This document shows positions 1-9,453 of a stretch of 64,000 nt of DNA, piece by piece. Position 1 is the stretch's first letter. Every line of letters starts with the position of its first letter. The notes under the pieces are model-generated. The model saw only the letters and a list, made by a program, of their open reading frames with translations, was not told the DNA's origin and made no database searches. Position numbers and translations under genes: made by a program. Origin of the DNA: Clostridiales bacterium (GTDB taxonomy: Bacteria > Bacillota > Dehalobacteriia > UBA7702); the NCBI GenBank assembly GCA_040776805.1, contig JAXGZS010000001.1, forward strand, positions 621,206 through 685,205. Direction: 5' to 3'.

Positions 1-448
1 CTACGCCGGTCTCGGTGGCATGGTCTACGGCCAGAGCCTTGATCTTCTGGGTGAGGAAAAAACGCTGACCGCGAAAGAGTTGCGGCGGATCCACTATTAT
101 AAAACCGGCGCCTTGCTGAGCCTCACTTTTGTCTGCGGCGCGGTTTTGGGCGGCGCGCCCCAAAGGGATGTAGAGGCCCTTGACCGTTTCGGCCGTTCCC
201 TCGGTTTGGCCTTTCAGATCACCGATGATATTTTGGATCACGAGGGAACCTTTGCGGAACTGGGAAAACCCATCGGCTCCGATGAAGTCAACGGCAAAAC
301 GACATACATCTCTCTCCTCGGTTTGGCGGGAGCCCGGGAAGCGGGAAAGCAGGCCGTGGCCGAAGCCGTTGGGGAGATCGCCGCTTTATCGGTGGACAGC
401 GCTGTATTAAAAGATTTGGGCAATGTGGTATTAAATCGTAAAAAATAG
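1..448 (+). CDS. ispA: Polyprenyl (farnesyl/geranyl-geranyl) diphosphate synthase, C-terminal part; gene runs off the window start
   Basis: The reading frame is open from the window edge. The second Asp-rich motif FQITDDILD is present, and the GKxxGxD C-terminal region is typical of IspA. Synteny with dxs-tlyA-nadK-argR-recN downstream matches Bacillus/Clostridia. Confidence 0.8.
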   Translation, partial: YAGLGGMVYGQSLDLLGEEKTLTAKELRRIHYYKTGALLSLTFVCGAVLGGAPQRDVEALDRFGRSLGLAFQITDDILDHEGTFAELGKPIGSDEVNGKTTYISLLGLAGAREAGKQAVAEAVGEIAALSVDSAVLKDLGNVVLNRKK

Positions 449-487
449 AATTTTTTTTTTTGATTTTTAAAATATTTGGCGGATGAC

Positions 488-516
488 TTGCAAAGGATGA
501 ATAAAAACTGTATAAT
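488..516 (+). promoter_or_regulatory. Sigma-A-like promoter (TTGCAA-17 nt-TATAAT) preceding the long non-coding region
   Basis: TTGCAA at 488-493 and TATAAT at 511-516 with a 17-nt spacer, directly downstream of the ispA stop codon. Confidence 0.5.
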
Positions 517-523
517 AATATGG

Positions 524-1120
524 AAAACAGGTGATGCGGTATTCTAGTCGGCAAAACTTTGTTTAAAGGCGGGGCTAAAAATCCGTCAAGGGCATATCGA
601 TGAAGTTTCTGGTGTTGGCTTCTTACGCCCAGTTTGGGGCTGATGCTGGAAGTTAAGAAAGAGGGGGGAATCCTCAATGGCATGAGGGCTGACCCTGCTT
701 TCGTGGAGACCCATGACTGTGGGGAACTTTTTTTGGTCGAAAAGGGAACTACGGCTTGGGAGAAGAACCTGTATTCGGGTGAACTGGGTACAGTGTAGCC
801 TGGCTTGCGTGGTTAAGGTGGAGAAGCAAACATGAAGACGCCGCAGCGGAAAGGGACCAAATTTCTGTTTCGGTATCAAAACCGGTACTGCAAAAGAGCA
901 TAGAACGAAGTGGCGTTGTTGAGGAAAACTCCTAGACCGTTTATTTTTAAGATGCAACGGGGATTAAAGTGCGGACTAAGTGGCAATCCGGTACCTGATG
1001 GATTTTCAAGTAAAGGGAAACCGCCTTTTCGGTGACGAAAAGGTTTGAAAATGGGAAAGCCTTCCGGACCAAAGCCGCAGCGTTTACCCGTTGGGTTGTC
1101 ACCTGTTTGATTCACTCTCT
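524..1120 (+). ncRNA. ole: Putative OLE (ornate large extremophilic) RNA
   Basis: A ~600 nt stretch has no coherent ORF on either strand; only short antisense or mixed-frame ORFs occur. It begins at a strong promoter and sits exactly between ispA and a small 4-TM membrane protein gene followed by dxs-tlyA. This is the characteristic ispA-ole-oapA-dxs arrangement of OLE RNA loci in anaerobic Firmicutes, and the length matches OLE (~600 nt). No primary-sequence check was possible here. Confidence 0.5.
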
Positions 1121-1125
1121 TTGAT

Positions 1126-1722
1126 TTGGAGTTTGTTTTGAAAAACAGAAAAAACGAACGAAAAAGTAAAGGTACATTGAGACACATCCTCATTGTGTTT
1201 TCAGGTACCTTTTTTTGTGCCACGCTGGTCAGCGTGGGCACCAACGCCGCGGCGGCAAGTCTGAAACCGATCTTTCTCGTGTTTCTCCTGCTGCTCACGG
1301 TCATCGCCGTCGGCGTGCTTTTTGATGTCATCGGCGTTGCCGCGGTGGGGGCGAACATCGTACCCTGTAATGCCAGAGCCGCGCGAAAAGCCCCCGGTGC
1401 CGCCGTGACCTTGAAACTATTGAAAAAAGCCAATGTCGTGGCGAATTTCTGCTGCGATGTGGTGGGTGATATTTGCGGTATTGTCTCAGGGGCTCTGGGC
1501 GCCACTTTGGTGGTGATCATCGGGGAGACCGTCCTCGATACCGTACTCATTTCGGCGCTCATGGCCGGGATGGTTTCGGCGCTGACCGTGGGGGGTAAGG
1601 CCGCCATGAAGGGGGTCGCCATCCGTTATGCCGACCGGATTATGGAAACCGTGGGGATCATCCTTGATTATAAAAACTGGAACAGGCTGTTTTCCGCGAA
1701 AAGGAAAACAGAGGGAGATTGA
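1126..1722 (+). CDS. oapA: Small integral membrane protein, OLE-associated protein A-like (4 predicted TM helices); start codon uncertain (TTG at 1126 or TTG at 1171)
   Basis: Four hydrophobic segments are present, with conserved-looking Asp-containing motifs (FDVIGVA, CCDVVGDICG). The size (~19-21 kDa) and the position between the non-coding region and dxs match oapA loci. Confidence 0.55.
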   Translation: MEFVLKNRKNERKSKGTLRHILIVFSGTFFCATLVSVGTNAAAASLKPIFLVFLLLLTVIAVGVLFDVIGVAAVGANIVPCNARAARKAPGAAVTLKLLKKANVVANFCCDVVGDICGIVSGALGATLVVIIGETVLDTVLISALMAGMVSALTVGGKAAMKGVAIRYADRIMETVGIILDYKNWNRLFSAKRKTEGD

Positions 1723-1723
1723 T

Positions 1724-3595
1724 ATGACATATTTGGAGCGCGTCAACGATCCTGCCGATATTAAAAAATTAAACGGTGACGAAGTGCTGCTCCTCGCCGA
1801 AGAAGTGCGCAGCTTTATGGTGGAACAGGTGGCGAAAACCGGCGGCCACCTCGCGCCCAGTCTCGGCGTGGTGGATTTGGTGGTGGCCATGTGCCGCGTC
1901 TTTGATTTTGCCAAAGACCGGGTTGTTTTCGATGTGGGCCATCAAAGCTACGCTTTTAAGATTCTCACCGGGCGCAAAGAAGCCTTTGCCACGCTGCGCC
2001 AATGGGGCGGACTCAGCGGTTTCCCCAAAGGTGAGGAAAGCCCTTACGATGCTTTTGACACGGGACACAGCAGCACGTCTGTTTCCGCGGCCTTGGGCCT
2101 TGCCGTGGCCAGGGACTTAAAGGGCGAGGACTATCGGGTGATTGCCGTCATCGGCGACGGCGCTTTGACCGGCGGCATGGCCTACGAGGCTATGAATAAC
2201 GCCGGCAGCCGGGAAGAGGATCTGATTGTGATTTTAAACGATAATCAGATGTCGATTTCCCGGAACGTCGGCGCCATGGCCAACTACCTGACCAGGGTCA
2301 GAACAGGGCCCAATTACAGCCGCCATAAGCAGAAAGCCAAAAAGATTTTGAAACGTACCAGCGGCGGCACGAAGCTTTTAAGCGGTCTGCGCCGAATCCG
2401 CGACAGCATCAAATACCTGATGGTGCAGGGGATGTTTTTTGAAGAAATGGGCTTTACCTATTTGGGACCCATCGACGGCCACGACATGGAAGCCATTGAG
2501 CGGCACCTGCGTTACTGTAAAAACGTGAGAGGACCGGTATTGCTTCATGTTTTGACCAAAAAGGGGAAAGGCTATTCCTATGCCGAAAGCCAACCCGACC
2601 AATTTCACGGCATCGCCCCCTTTGATCCTCAGAGCGGGAAATTGCTTTTCCCGGCCTCGGCCAAGTGTTTCAGCAAAGCCTTCGGGGAAAAACTCTGTGA
2701 TCTCGCCGCTTTGGATCAGCGTATTTTGGCCATCACCGCCGCCATGCCCGGGGGAACGGGTTTAAAACCCTTCGCGGAAAAGTACCGCGAGCGCTTTTTC
2801 GATGTCGGCATCGCCGAACCCCATGCCGTGACCTACGCGGCGGGGCTGGCGAAAAACGGCATGAAGCCGTGTTTTGCCGTGTACTCCTCTTTTTTGCAAC
2901 GGAGTATCGATCAGATCTATCATGATGTCTGCCTGCAAAAACTGCCGGTGGTTTTCGGCATTGACCGTGCCGGTGTCGTCGGCGAAGACGGCGAAACCCA
3001 TCAGGGCATTTACGACATTGCGCTCCTTCGGGAGCTGCCTTATTTGACGCTGTTGGCTCCCTCCACGGAAAAAGAACTCGGGGAAATGCTCACCTACGCC
3101 TTTGCCCTCCATGCCCCCTGCGCTTTGCGTTATCCCAAAGGCCCCATGTCCTCCTGGGATTTGGATTTCACCCATCAGCCCTTAATCGCGGGACAAGGGG
3201 AAATGGTCAAAGAAGGTAAAGACGTTTTGTTGCTGTCCCTGGGTATGATGATGGAGGAAGCGATCAAGGCCCGGGAAATTTTGAAAGATAGCGGCATCGA
3301 CGCCGGAATCTTTAATCCCCGTTTCATCAAACCCCTGAACCAAGAGGACATCCTAAAGCTTGCCCGCACCTACCCCTATTTTGTGACCATCGAAGATCAC
3401 GTTTTAAGCGGCGGTTTCGGTTCCGCCATCGGAGAAGTGCTGCACCGTGGTGACGCCGCGATCAAACTGAAAGCCATCGGTTTGCCCGACGAAGCCATTC
3501 CCCAGGGCCATCGCGACGAAGTTTTGGCTCACTACGGTCTGTCCGCCGCCGGGATTGCCGCAACGGTACTGGCCTTTGTGGGGCGGAAACCATGA
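1724..3595 (+). CDS. dxs: 1-deoxy-D-xylulose-5-phosphate synthase
   Basis: ATG at 1724 is preceded by GAGGGAG. The N-terminus MTYLERVNDPADIKKL, the TPP-binding GDGALTGGMA motif and the transketolase-like C-terminus are present. The upstream ORF extension from 1628 was rejected. Confidence 0.95.
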   Translation: MTYLERVNDPADIKKLNGDEVLLLAEEVRSFMVEQVAKTGGHLAPSLGVVDLVVAMCRVFDFAKDRVVFDVGHQSYAFKILTGRKEAFATLRQWGGLSGFPKGEESPYDAFDTGHSSTSVSAALGLAVARDLKGEDYRVIAVIGDGALTGGMAYEAMNNAGSREEDLIVILNDNQMSISRNVGAMANYLTRVRTGPNYSRHKQKAKKILKRTSGGTKLLSGLRRIRDSIKYLMVQGMFFEEMGFTYLGPIDGHDMEAIERHLRYCKNVRGPVLLHVLTKKGKGYSYAESQPDQFHGIAPFDPQSGKLLFPASAKCFSKAFGEKLCDLAALDQRILAITAAMPGGTGLKPFAEKYRERFFDVGIAEPHAVTYAAGLAKNGMKPCFAVYSSFLQRSIDQIYHDVCLQKLPVVFGIDRAGVVGEDGETHQGIYDIALLRELPYLTLLAPSTEKELGEMLTYAFALHAPCALRYPKGPMSSWDLDFTHQPLIAGQGEMVKEGKDVLLLSLGMMMEEAIKAREILKDSGIDAGIFNPRFIKPLNQEDILKLARTYPYFVTIEDHVLSGGFGSAIGEVLHRGDAAIKLKAIGLPDEAIPQGHRDEVLAHYGLSAAGIAATVLAFVGRKP

Positions 3596-4383
3596 AAAAA
3601 CGCTTGGATCTACTTTTATTGGAGCGAAACCTCTTCGCCTCCCGGGAAAAAGCCCGGACGGCGATTATGACCGGGCGCGTGATCATCGAGGGCAGAAAAG
3701 AAACGAAAGCCGGTACCATGGTGGCGGAAGACGCGAACATCGAAGTGTGCGGCCATGATTTACCTTATGTCAGCCGGGGCGGTCTCAAATTGGCAAAAGC
3801 CATCACCGCTTTCGGTCTTGCTTTCGGTGATCGGGTCATTCTCGACATCGGCGCTTCCACCGGCGGTTTTACCGACTGCGCGCTCCAGCACGGGGCACGG
3901 AAGGTCTATGCGGTGGATGTCGGTTATGCCCAGCTGGCCTGGTCTTTAAGGAGCGACGACCGAGTCGTCGTTTTGGAAAAAGTCAACGCCCGCTATCTGA
4001 CGGCGCAACAGGTGCCGGAAAAAGTGGATTTCATCACCATTGACGCTTCCTTCATTTCCCTGAAAAAGCTGATTCCTCCCTTGGCGGACTTTTTAACAGA
4101 GGACGGCGCCTTTGTGGCGTTGATCAAACCACAGTTTGAGGCAGGCAGGGAACAGGTCGGCAAAAAAGGCGTGGTGCGGGATCCCGCTGTCCACCGTGAA
4201 GTGCTGCGCGACTTATGCGCCTTTTTTCAGGAAAACGGATGGTATGTCCACGGTCTGACTTTTTCGCCGGTGAAAGGCCCCGAAGGCAACAGGGAATACC
4301 TCGTTTTGCTGAAAGCGGAAAAAAGTTCTTTTGCGGTGGTGGAAATGGATCAAATCGTGGCGGAAGCCTTCGCATGTATTTGA
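3592..4383 (+). CDS. tlyA: TlyA family rRNA 2'-O-methyltransferase (S4 domain + FtsJ fold)
   Basis: An N-terminal S4 RNA-binding region and a GASTGGFT SAM motif are present. The ATGA overlap with dxs and the conserved position after dxs support the call. Confidence 0.9.
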   Translation: MKKRLDLLLLERNLFASREKARTAIMTGRVIIEGRKETKAGTMVAEDANIEVCGHDLPYVSRGGLKLAKAITAFGLAFGDRVILDIGASTGGFTDCALQHGARKVYAVDVGYAQLAWSLRSDDRVVVLEKVNARYLTAQQVPEKVDFITIDASFISLKKLIPPLADFLTEDGAFVALIKPQFEAGREQVGKKGVVRDPAVHREVLRDLCAFFQENGWYVHGLTFSPVKGPEGNREYLVLLKAEKSSFAVVEMDQIVAEAFACI

Positions 4384-4461
4384 AAATATTGAAATAATAT
4401 ACATTTAGCTATTTACAGCAGGGCGATAATATTGTATATTTAATAATAGAGGTATTGCGAA

Positions 4462-5322
4462 ATGAAGAGAATCGGCGTGCTTGCCAATTTCAAACGTAAT
4501 GTGGAAGCGGTGCGGCAGAACGTAATTTCCTGGCTTCTCGCAGAAAATGCGGAAGTGATTACCCCCGAGGCTGCCTATAATGTGGTGGATCAGGAATTCC
4601 TCCATGATTTCCTAAGCGATAAGGGTAAGACTTGTGACGGTCTGCTTGTGCTGGGCGGCGACGGAACGATGCTTTCGGTGGCACGGCAGGCGGCTTTTTT
4701 TTCGATACCGATCATTGGCATCAATCTGGGGCACGTCGGCTTTTTGGCGGAAATCGAGCCCCACGGACAGCAGCTTTACCAATCCCTGCGCCGTCTGATC
4801 GACGACGACTTTGCCTTGGAGCACCGTATGATGCTGAAAGTCAAGGTGTTCAGAGAAGGAGATCTGTTTCAGGAATACCATTGTCTGAACGATTGTGTTG
4901 TCATTAAAAACACCAGCTACGGGCTGATCCATCTTACCGCCTATATCGATGAAAAATCGTATTTGTCCTATAAGGGCGATGGCCTGATCGTGTCCACGCC
5001 CACGGGAGCATCGGGATATTCCCTCTCGGCTGGAGGCCCCTTGGTTTCCCCGGAGATGGAGGCGATGATCTTAACACCCATTGCGGCGCACTGTTTATAC
5101 TGCCGCTCCCTTGTGATCAGCGCCGACCGCACCGTGATGATGGAAGCGGATATTTCAGAAATCGGCGGCAGCCTCTGCATTGACGGCAGAACTTCTGTTT
5201 TGAAACTTGTCGAGGGCGACCGCGTTACGATTACAAGATCGGAATTGGTGACGGACTTTATCCGTCTGAACGATAAATCTTATTTCCACGTGCTCAACGA
5301 AAAGTTGAGGGAAAGAGCGTGA
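4462..5322 (+). CDS. nadK: NAD kinase
   Basis: The GGDGTML motif is present and the protein is 286 aa, the typical PpnK length. Confidence 0.9.
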   Translation: MKRIGVLANFKRNVEAVRQNVISWLLAENAEVITPEAAYNVVDQEFLHDFLSDKGKTCDGLLVLGGDGTMLSVARQAAFFSIPIIGINLGHVGFLAEIEPHGQQLYQSLRRLIDDDFALEHRMMLKVKVFREGDLFQEYHCLNDCVVIKNTSYGLIHLTAYIDEKSYLSYKGDGLIVSTPTGASGYSLSAGGPLVSPEMEAMILTPIAAHCLYCRSLVISADRTVMMEADISEIGGSLCIDGRTSVLKLVEGDRVTITRSELVTDFIRLNDKSYFHVLNEKLRERA

Positions 5323-5945
5323 TGGAACTTGTGCGGCCTGTCTGTGCCATGATTCACGGGGAGGCAAAAAAATTGCTTTATCCCGGCGCCGTCGCCATTG
5401 ACGCGACAATGGGCAATGGGGAAGACGCGGCATTTTTGTGTGAAGCCGTCGGCGCAGACGGCAAAGTATATGCATTTGATGTACAGGACGACGCCATCGA
5501 AGAGACGCGGCGCCGTCTGGAAAAAGTGGGTCTTTTGGACCGTGTTGTGCTCATCAAAGACGGTCACGAAAACATCCGCGAATACGTAAAAGAGGCCGTC
5601 GATGTGGCCGTGTTCAACCTGGGTTACCTGCCCGGCGGCGATCATGCCATCACGACTTTGGCCACTACGACAGTGCGGGCCATGGGGGAATGCCTTGCCC
5701 TGTTGAAAGAAGAAGGCGCTGTGTTCTTAGGGCTTTATTGGGGACATCAAAACGGGGCGGAGGAGAAGAAAGCAGTCGAGACGTTTTTGACGACGCTGTC
5801 TCCTGCCCATTGGGCGATTGCGGAAACAAGGTTTCCCAACCGCGAAAAGGCGCCGCTTTTTATTGAAATTCAGAAAAAGAGGTATGGTTATGGGAACAAA
5901 AGCATCCAGACAGAAGATGATTCAGAAAATAATCGAAAAAGATGA
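5319..5945 (+). CDS. Class I SAM-dependent methyltransferase (putative rRNA methylase family)
   Basis: A Rossmann-fold methyltransferase motif (AIDATMGNGEDA) is present. The start overlaps nadK (ATGA). The 3' end overlaps argR by ~60 nt. Confidence 0.6.
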   Translation: MMELVRPVCAMIHGEAKKLLYPGAVAIDATMGNGEDAAFLCEAVGADGKVYAFDVQDDAIEETRRRLEKVGLLDRVVLIKDGHENIREYVKEAVDVAVFNLGYLPGGDHAITTLATTTVRAMGECLALLKEEGAVFLGLYWGHQNGAEEKKAVETFLTTLSPAHWAIAETRFPNREKAPLFIEIQKKRYGYGNKSIQTEDDSENNRKR

Positions 5946-6348
5946 AATCGGGACACAGTTTGAATTGGCGGAACGCCTGAAGCAGCACGGTTTTAATGTG
6001 ACCCAGGCGACGGTTTCCCGGGATATCAAAGAGATTGGCTTGATCAAAATTCCCGTTGAGGGTAATTTTTCCAAATATAGTATGCCAGTGAATATTTCCG
6101 TTGGTAATATCGCCGAGCGTATGCGCCGCATGTTTATTGATAACGCTGTATCCATTGATAACGCGGAAAATCTTGTGGTCATCAAAACCCTGCCCGGCAC
6201 GGCCCAGGGGCTTGCCGCTTGCCTGGATCAGTGCGGCTGGCAGGAACTTGTGGGCTGCATTGCCGGGGATGATACCATCTTAATTATCATCAAAGAAAAA
6301 ATGCTGGTAAACGGCATCATCTCCCGCTTTGAAGCATTAATGAACTAA
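5884..6348 (+). CDS. argR: Arginine repressor ArgR/AhrC
   Basis: The N-terminal winged-helix region (QATVSRDIKEIGLIKIP) and the C-terminal oligomerisation/arginine-binding domain (GTIAGDDTILII) are present. The RBS AAGAGG precedes ATG at 5884. The longer ORF from 5818 was rejected. Confidence 0.9.
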   Translation: MVMGTKASRQKMIQKIIEKDEIGTQFELAERLKQHGFNVTQATVSRDIKEIGLIKIPVEGNFSKYSMPVNISVGNIAERMRRMFIDNAVSIDNAENLVVIKTLPGTAQGLAACLDQCGWQELVGCIAGDDTILIIIKEKMLVNGIISRFEALMN

Positions 6349-6386
6349 AAAACTAAAGAACTGATCGCCCAAAGGATGGCTGCGAA

Positions 6387-8069
6387 ATGGAGACCGCCAT
6401 GTTAGCCGAAATTTATGTTGAGAATTTCGCTCTCATTGAGAATCTGCAAATTGAATTTCACGAAGGTCTGAATATCATCACCGGCCAAACCGGCGCCGGC
6501 AAATCGCTTCTCACCGATGCGGTAGGCCTGCTATTAGGCGGCAAAAGCGATAAAGATCTGATACGGCAGGGAACCGGGAAGGCCTTGGTGGAAGGGACGT
6601 TTTCGGGTCCTTTTTCCGCTGCAGTGCAAGACTTTTGCCGGGAAAACGACGTGATGGGCGATACCGTTGTGATCAGCCGGGAAATGAGCAGCGAGGGAAA
6701 GAATACCGTGCGCCTCAACGGCCGGCGGATCACCTTATCCCTTTTGGAAGAGCTGACGCCGCTGCTGATGAACATCCACAGCCAGACAGAGCATTTTTCC
6801 TTATTCAAAGAAGAAGCCCAATTGCAGCTTTTGGACTCCTTCGGCGGTGAAAAAATCGTTACCCAAAAGGAAAGGGTGGGGGAAGCCTTTCTTCTCTGGC
6901 AGGAACGAAAAAGCGCCTTGACAGAGCTGAAACGTAACATGAGTGACAGGGAAAGGCGTCTCGACTACCTTTGCTACCAGCAAAAAGAAATTCAGGGGTT
7001 TCACCTGATGTCCGGGGAAGAGGAAACGGTGCGAGAGACCATCGCGCTCCTTGCCAGCAGTGTGAGCCGCTACGAAGAGGCTCAACTTATTTACGCCAGC
7101 CTCCGCGGCGATGAAAACGGCAATGTGATCGACGGTCTTTACCAGGCGATGAACGCCGCCGGTCGGATCGCCCAAAATGACCAAGCCTTGGAAAAAACAG
7201 CCTCCTCTTTGCAGGATCTTTATTATACCGTCGAAGATATTTCCGAGGAGGTTTTAAATTATCGCGACACCATTGAGATGGATCCCCGGCGCCTGGAGGA
7301 TTTGGAAAACCGTTTGAGTGAAATCAGGAGAGCCGAAAAAAAGTACAACCGCGACGTCGAGGGCATTCTCAACTATTTACAGGAAATTGAGGCGGAAATC
7401 GCCGCCCTGACAGACGCCGATATCTATATGGAGCAAGCCGAAAGGGAAGAAGCCGAGGCTTACCAACGCTTTTTCGCCACCGCGGCGGAGCTCAGCAGTT
7501 TGCGCAGCCAAACCGGGAAGCGCCTTGCCGATGCCATTGAAAAGGAACTGAAAGAGCTGATGCTCCCGGATGCCCGCTTTGATGTGGTGCTCCGCGATGC
7601 TCCCGTTTCCGCCCAGGGAAAAGACAGCGTCACTTTTATGGCGACCATGAACAAAGGGGAGGATCTGCGGCCCTTGGCCAAAGTCGCCTCCGGCGGGGAA
7701 ATCTCCCGGGTGCTTCTGGGCGCCAAAATCATTCTTGCCGATCTCGACGCCATCGGAACGATGATCTTCGATGAAATCGACAGCGGCCTGGGGGGAGAAA
7801 CCGCCGCTCGCGTTGGCGAAAAGCTCAAACGACTGGGCGAAGGGATACAGGTTTTTGCCGTAACTCACTCGCCCCTCGTGGCGGCATACGCCGATCATCA
7901 TTATTATATTGAAAAGAAAGAAGAAAGCGGACGCGTGTCCGTTCATCTAAAAACCCTGTCCAAAAAGGATATTCGTCATGAAATCGCGCGGATGCTGTCA
8001 GGAGACGGAAACAGTACGATTTCCTTACATCAGGCCGACGCGTTATTGAGAGCCGCGGGCAACGGTTAA
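6387..8069 (+). CDS. recN: DNA repair protein RecN
   Basis: A Walker A motif GQTGAGKS is present, with long coiled coils and a C-terminal ABC signature region. The synteny argR-recN is conserved. Confidence 0.95.
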   Translation: METAMLAEIYVENFALIENLQIEFHEGLNIITGQTGAGKSLLTDAVGLLLGGKSDKDLIRQGTGKALVEGTFSGPFSAAVQDFCRENDVMGDTVVISREMSSEGKNTVRLNGRRITLSLLEELTPLLMNIHSQTEHFSLFKEEAQLQLLDSFGGEKIVTQKERVGEAFLLWQERKSALTELKRNMSDRERRLDYLCYQQKEIQGFHLMSGEEETVRETIALLASSVSRYEEAQLIYASLRGDENGNVIDGLYQAMNAAGRIAQNDQALEKTASSLQDLYYTVEDISEEVLNYRDTIEMDPRRLEDLENRLSEIRRAEKKYNRDVEGILNYLQEIEAEIAALTDADIYMEQAEREEAEAYQRFFATAAELSSLRSQTGKRLADAIEKELKELMLPDARFDVVLRDAPVSAQGKDSVTFMATMNKGEDLRPLAKVASGGEISRVLLGAKIILADLDAIGTMIFDEIDSGLGGETAARVGEKLKRLGEGIQVFAVTHSPLVAAYADHHYYIEKKEESGRVSVHLKTLSKKDIRHEIARMLSGDGNSTISLHQADALLRAAGNG

Positions 8070-8127
8070 ACCGACGCCTAAGCGACGTGATTGGTTTCAC
8101 CTTAGGGCAACATCTTCTTCCGCAAAG

Positions 8128-8172
8128 AAACCCTTCTGTCGTATGGCTTTTTACGGCAGAAGGGTTTTGTCT
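8128..8172. terminator. Rho-independent terminator between recN (+) and the amidohydrolase gene (-), probably bidirectional
   Basis: A hairpin forms between cccttctgtcgta and acggcagaaggg, followed by ttttgtctt. Confidence 0.6.
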
Positions 8173-8219
8173 TAAAGTTGGTCAAAAGTTTAATTTAATT
8201 GTTGTTGCAAGGATCCTCC

Positions 8220-9047
8220 TTAGGAAAAACGATCCCCGACCAAAGCGGTGAGAAGTTCGTATTCATCTTGGCTGCCGCGGCCGTGAGGCACGATGCTGCT
8301 GCCGGAATCACTGCCCAAAAGCAGGGGAACATGGAGGGCAGCCGCCTTTTTTACCATCGCGCTATGCGCTTCCACCACGGCTTTCACGATCTCTTGATCC
8401 CAGCCCGAAAGGGCCTTTCCGTAAGTCAGCACATTGGCAAAGGGCGCTAAAGTAGGAGTCCAGGCCACCTGATGTTTTGCCATCAGCTTTAAGATATCCT
8501 CGGTGATGAAATAGCCGTGTTCCACGGAATCCATACCCACTTCGACCACAGAGCGGATGACCTCGGCAAAATTGACATGAACCATGACGGGGAGGCCGCA
8601 TTCATGGGCGGTTTCCCGGATGTAGATCAACTCCCTTTCGCTGAAGCTGCCAAAGATTTCCTGGGGCTTGCCGGTAACATCCACAAGACCGGACTGGACG
8701 ACCTTGACGCAATCGACGCCGCTTTCCATGAGGAAGTGCAGCTCCCTTTTGAGATCGTCCATGGTGCTTAACGGTTTCCCCAAATGGATGCCGTAGCGGT
8801 CTTTTTTCACCAAGGCCCGCCCTGAAGCGGAGAGGTGGATGCCCATGCTCTTTGCTTCCTCCCGTAATTGAAAGGCCAGCATCTTCTTGTCACCGCCGTC
8901 TCTTAGGGCCGTGACGCCGCGGCCCGCGTATTCCAAAAGATTGTTATACGCGTTATCTAAGTCTGTGCCCGCATATTTTTGGCCTCGATTTATTTTGCGG
9001 AAATTGCCGTAAGCCAAATGGATGTGATGATCATAAAGATTCTTCAT
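8220..9047 (-). CDS. Amidohydrolase-family metal-dependent hydrolase (TIM barrel)
   Basis: An N-terminal HHIHLAYG (HxH metal-binding) motif is present, with later His/Asp ligand-like positions. The gene is monocistronic. Confidence 0.6.
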   Translation of the reverse strand: MKNLYDHHIHLAYGNFRKINRGQKYAGTDLDNAYNNLLEYAGRGVTALRDGGDKKMLAFQLREEAKSMGIHLSASGRALVKKDRYGIHLGKPLSTMDDLKRELHFLMESGVDCVKVVQSGLVDVTGKPQEIFGSFSERELIYIRETAHECGLPVMVHVNFAEVIRSVVEVGMDSVEHGYFITEDILKLMAKHQVAWTPTLAPFANVLTYGKALSGWDQEIVKAVVEAHSAMVKKAAALHVPLLLGSDSGSSIVPHGRGSQDEYELLTALVGDRFS

Positions 9048-9270
9048 GCAATCTATTATACTCTTTTTGTCATAAAAGAAAAGTTGTTGCAGCCAATTTA
9101 AGCCGTAAAATGATAAAGAAAGTAAAATAAAATAGAATAAACACGCTGTTTCTCTACTTTCTTTACAAAGTTTATATTCCTGACAAAAAACTCACCTTTT
9201 TTTTTCGACAAAATCTTTTATAATGAAAAAAATATAACAATATTTTATAAAGTAAGCTACAATGAGTTTA

Positions 9271-9395
9271 TGGAAGAGAGCAAAGCTTTCTGGAAAGAGC
9301 AACAAAGATTCATGAGCGGATTTTTAACATATTGTATGAAGCCTCGTGAATGGGTTGTGGAAAAGAGCAAAAACACGGCAGATGGAAAGAAAAAT
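9271..9395 (+). repeat. Four purine-rich direct repeats (TGGAAAGAGCAA-like) in the 5' leader of fhs
   Basis: Copies occur at 9271, 9291, 9359 and 9383: tggaagagagcaaag / tggaaagagcaacaaag / tggaaaagagcaaaaac / tggaaagaaaaa. Confidence 0.5.
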
Positions 9396-9453
9396 TAAAA
9401 GTTCTTTACAAAGGAAAGAAAAGGAAACTAAAAAACGAGAGGAGAACAAAACT

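Noticed and set aside
876-1622. 248-aa minus-strand ORF spanning the non-coding region and the oapA-like gene
   Set aside because: The ORF is Ala/Pro/Thr-rich and low-complexity with no start context. It is antisense to a plausible membrane-protein gene and typical of spurious ORFs in GC-rich DNA. The same applies to ORFs such as 9547-10524(-), 13223-14101(-), 14404-14985(-), 31099-31734(-), 42357-43265(+) and 62848-63648(-).
1628-1723. Upstream in-frame extension of dxs (ORF track start at 1628), overlapping the oapA-like gene
   Set aside because: ATG at 1724 has a strong GAGGGAG RBS. It gives the canonical Dxs N-terminus MTYLERVNDP. The stop of the upstream gene falls at 1720-1722.
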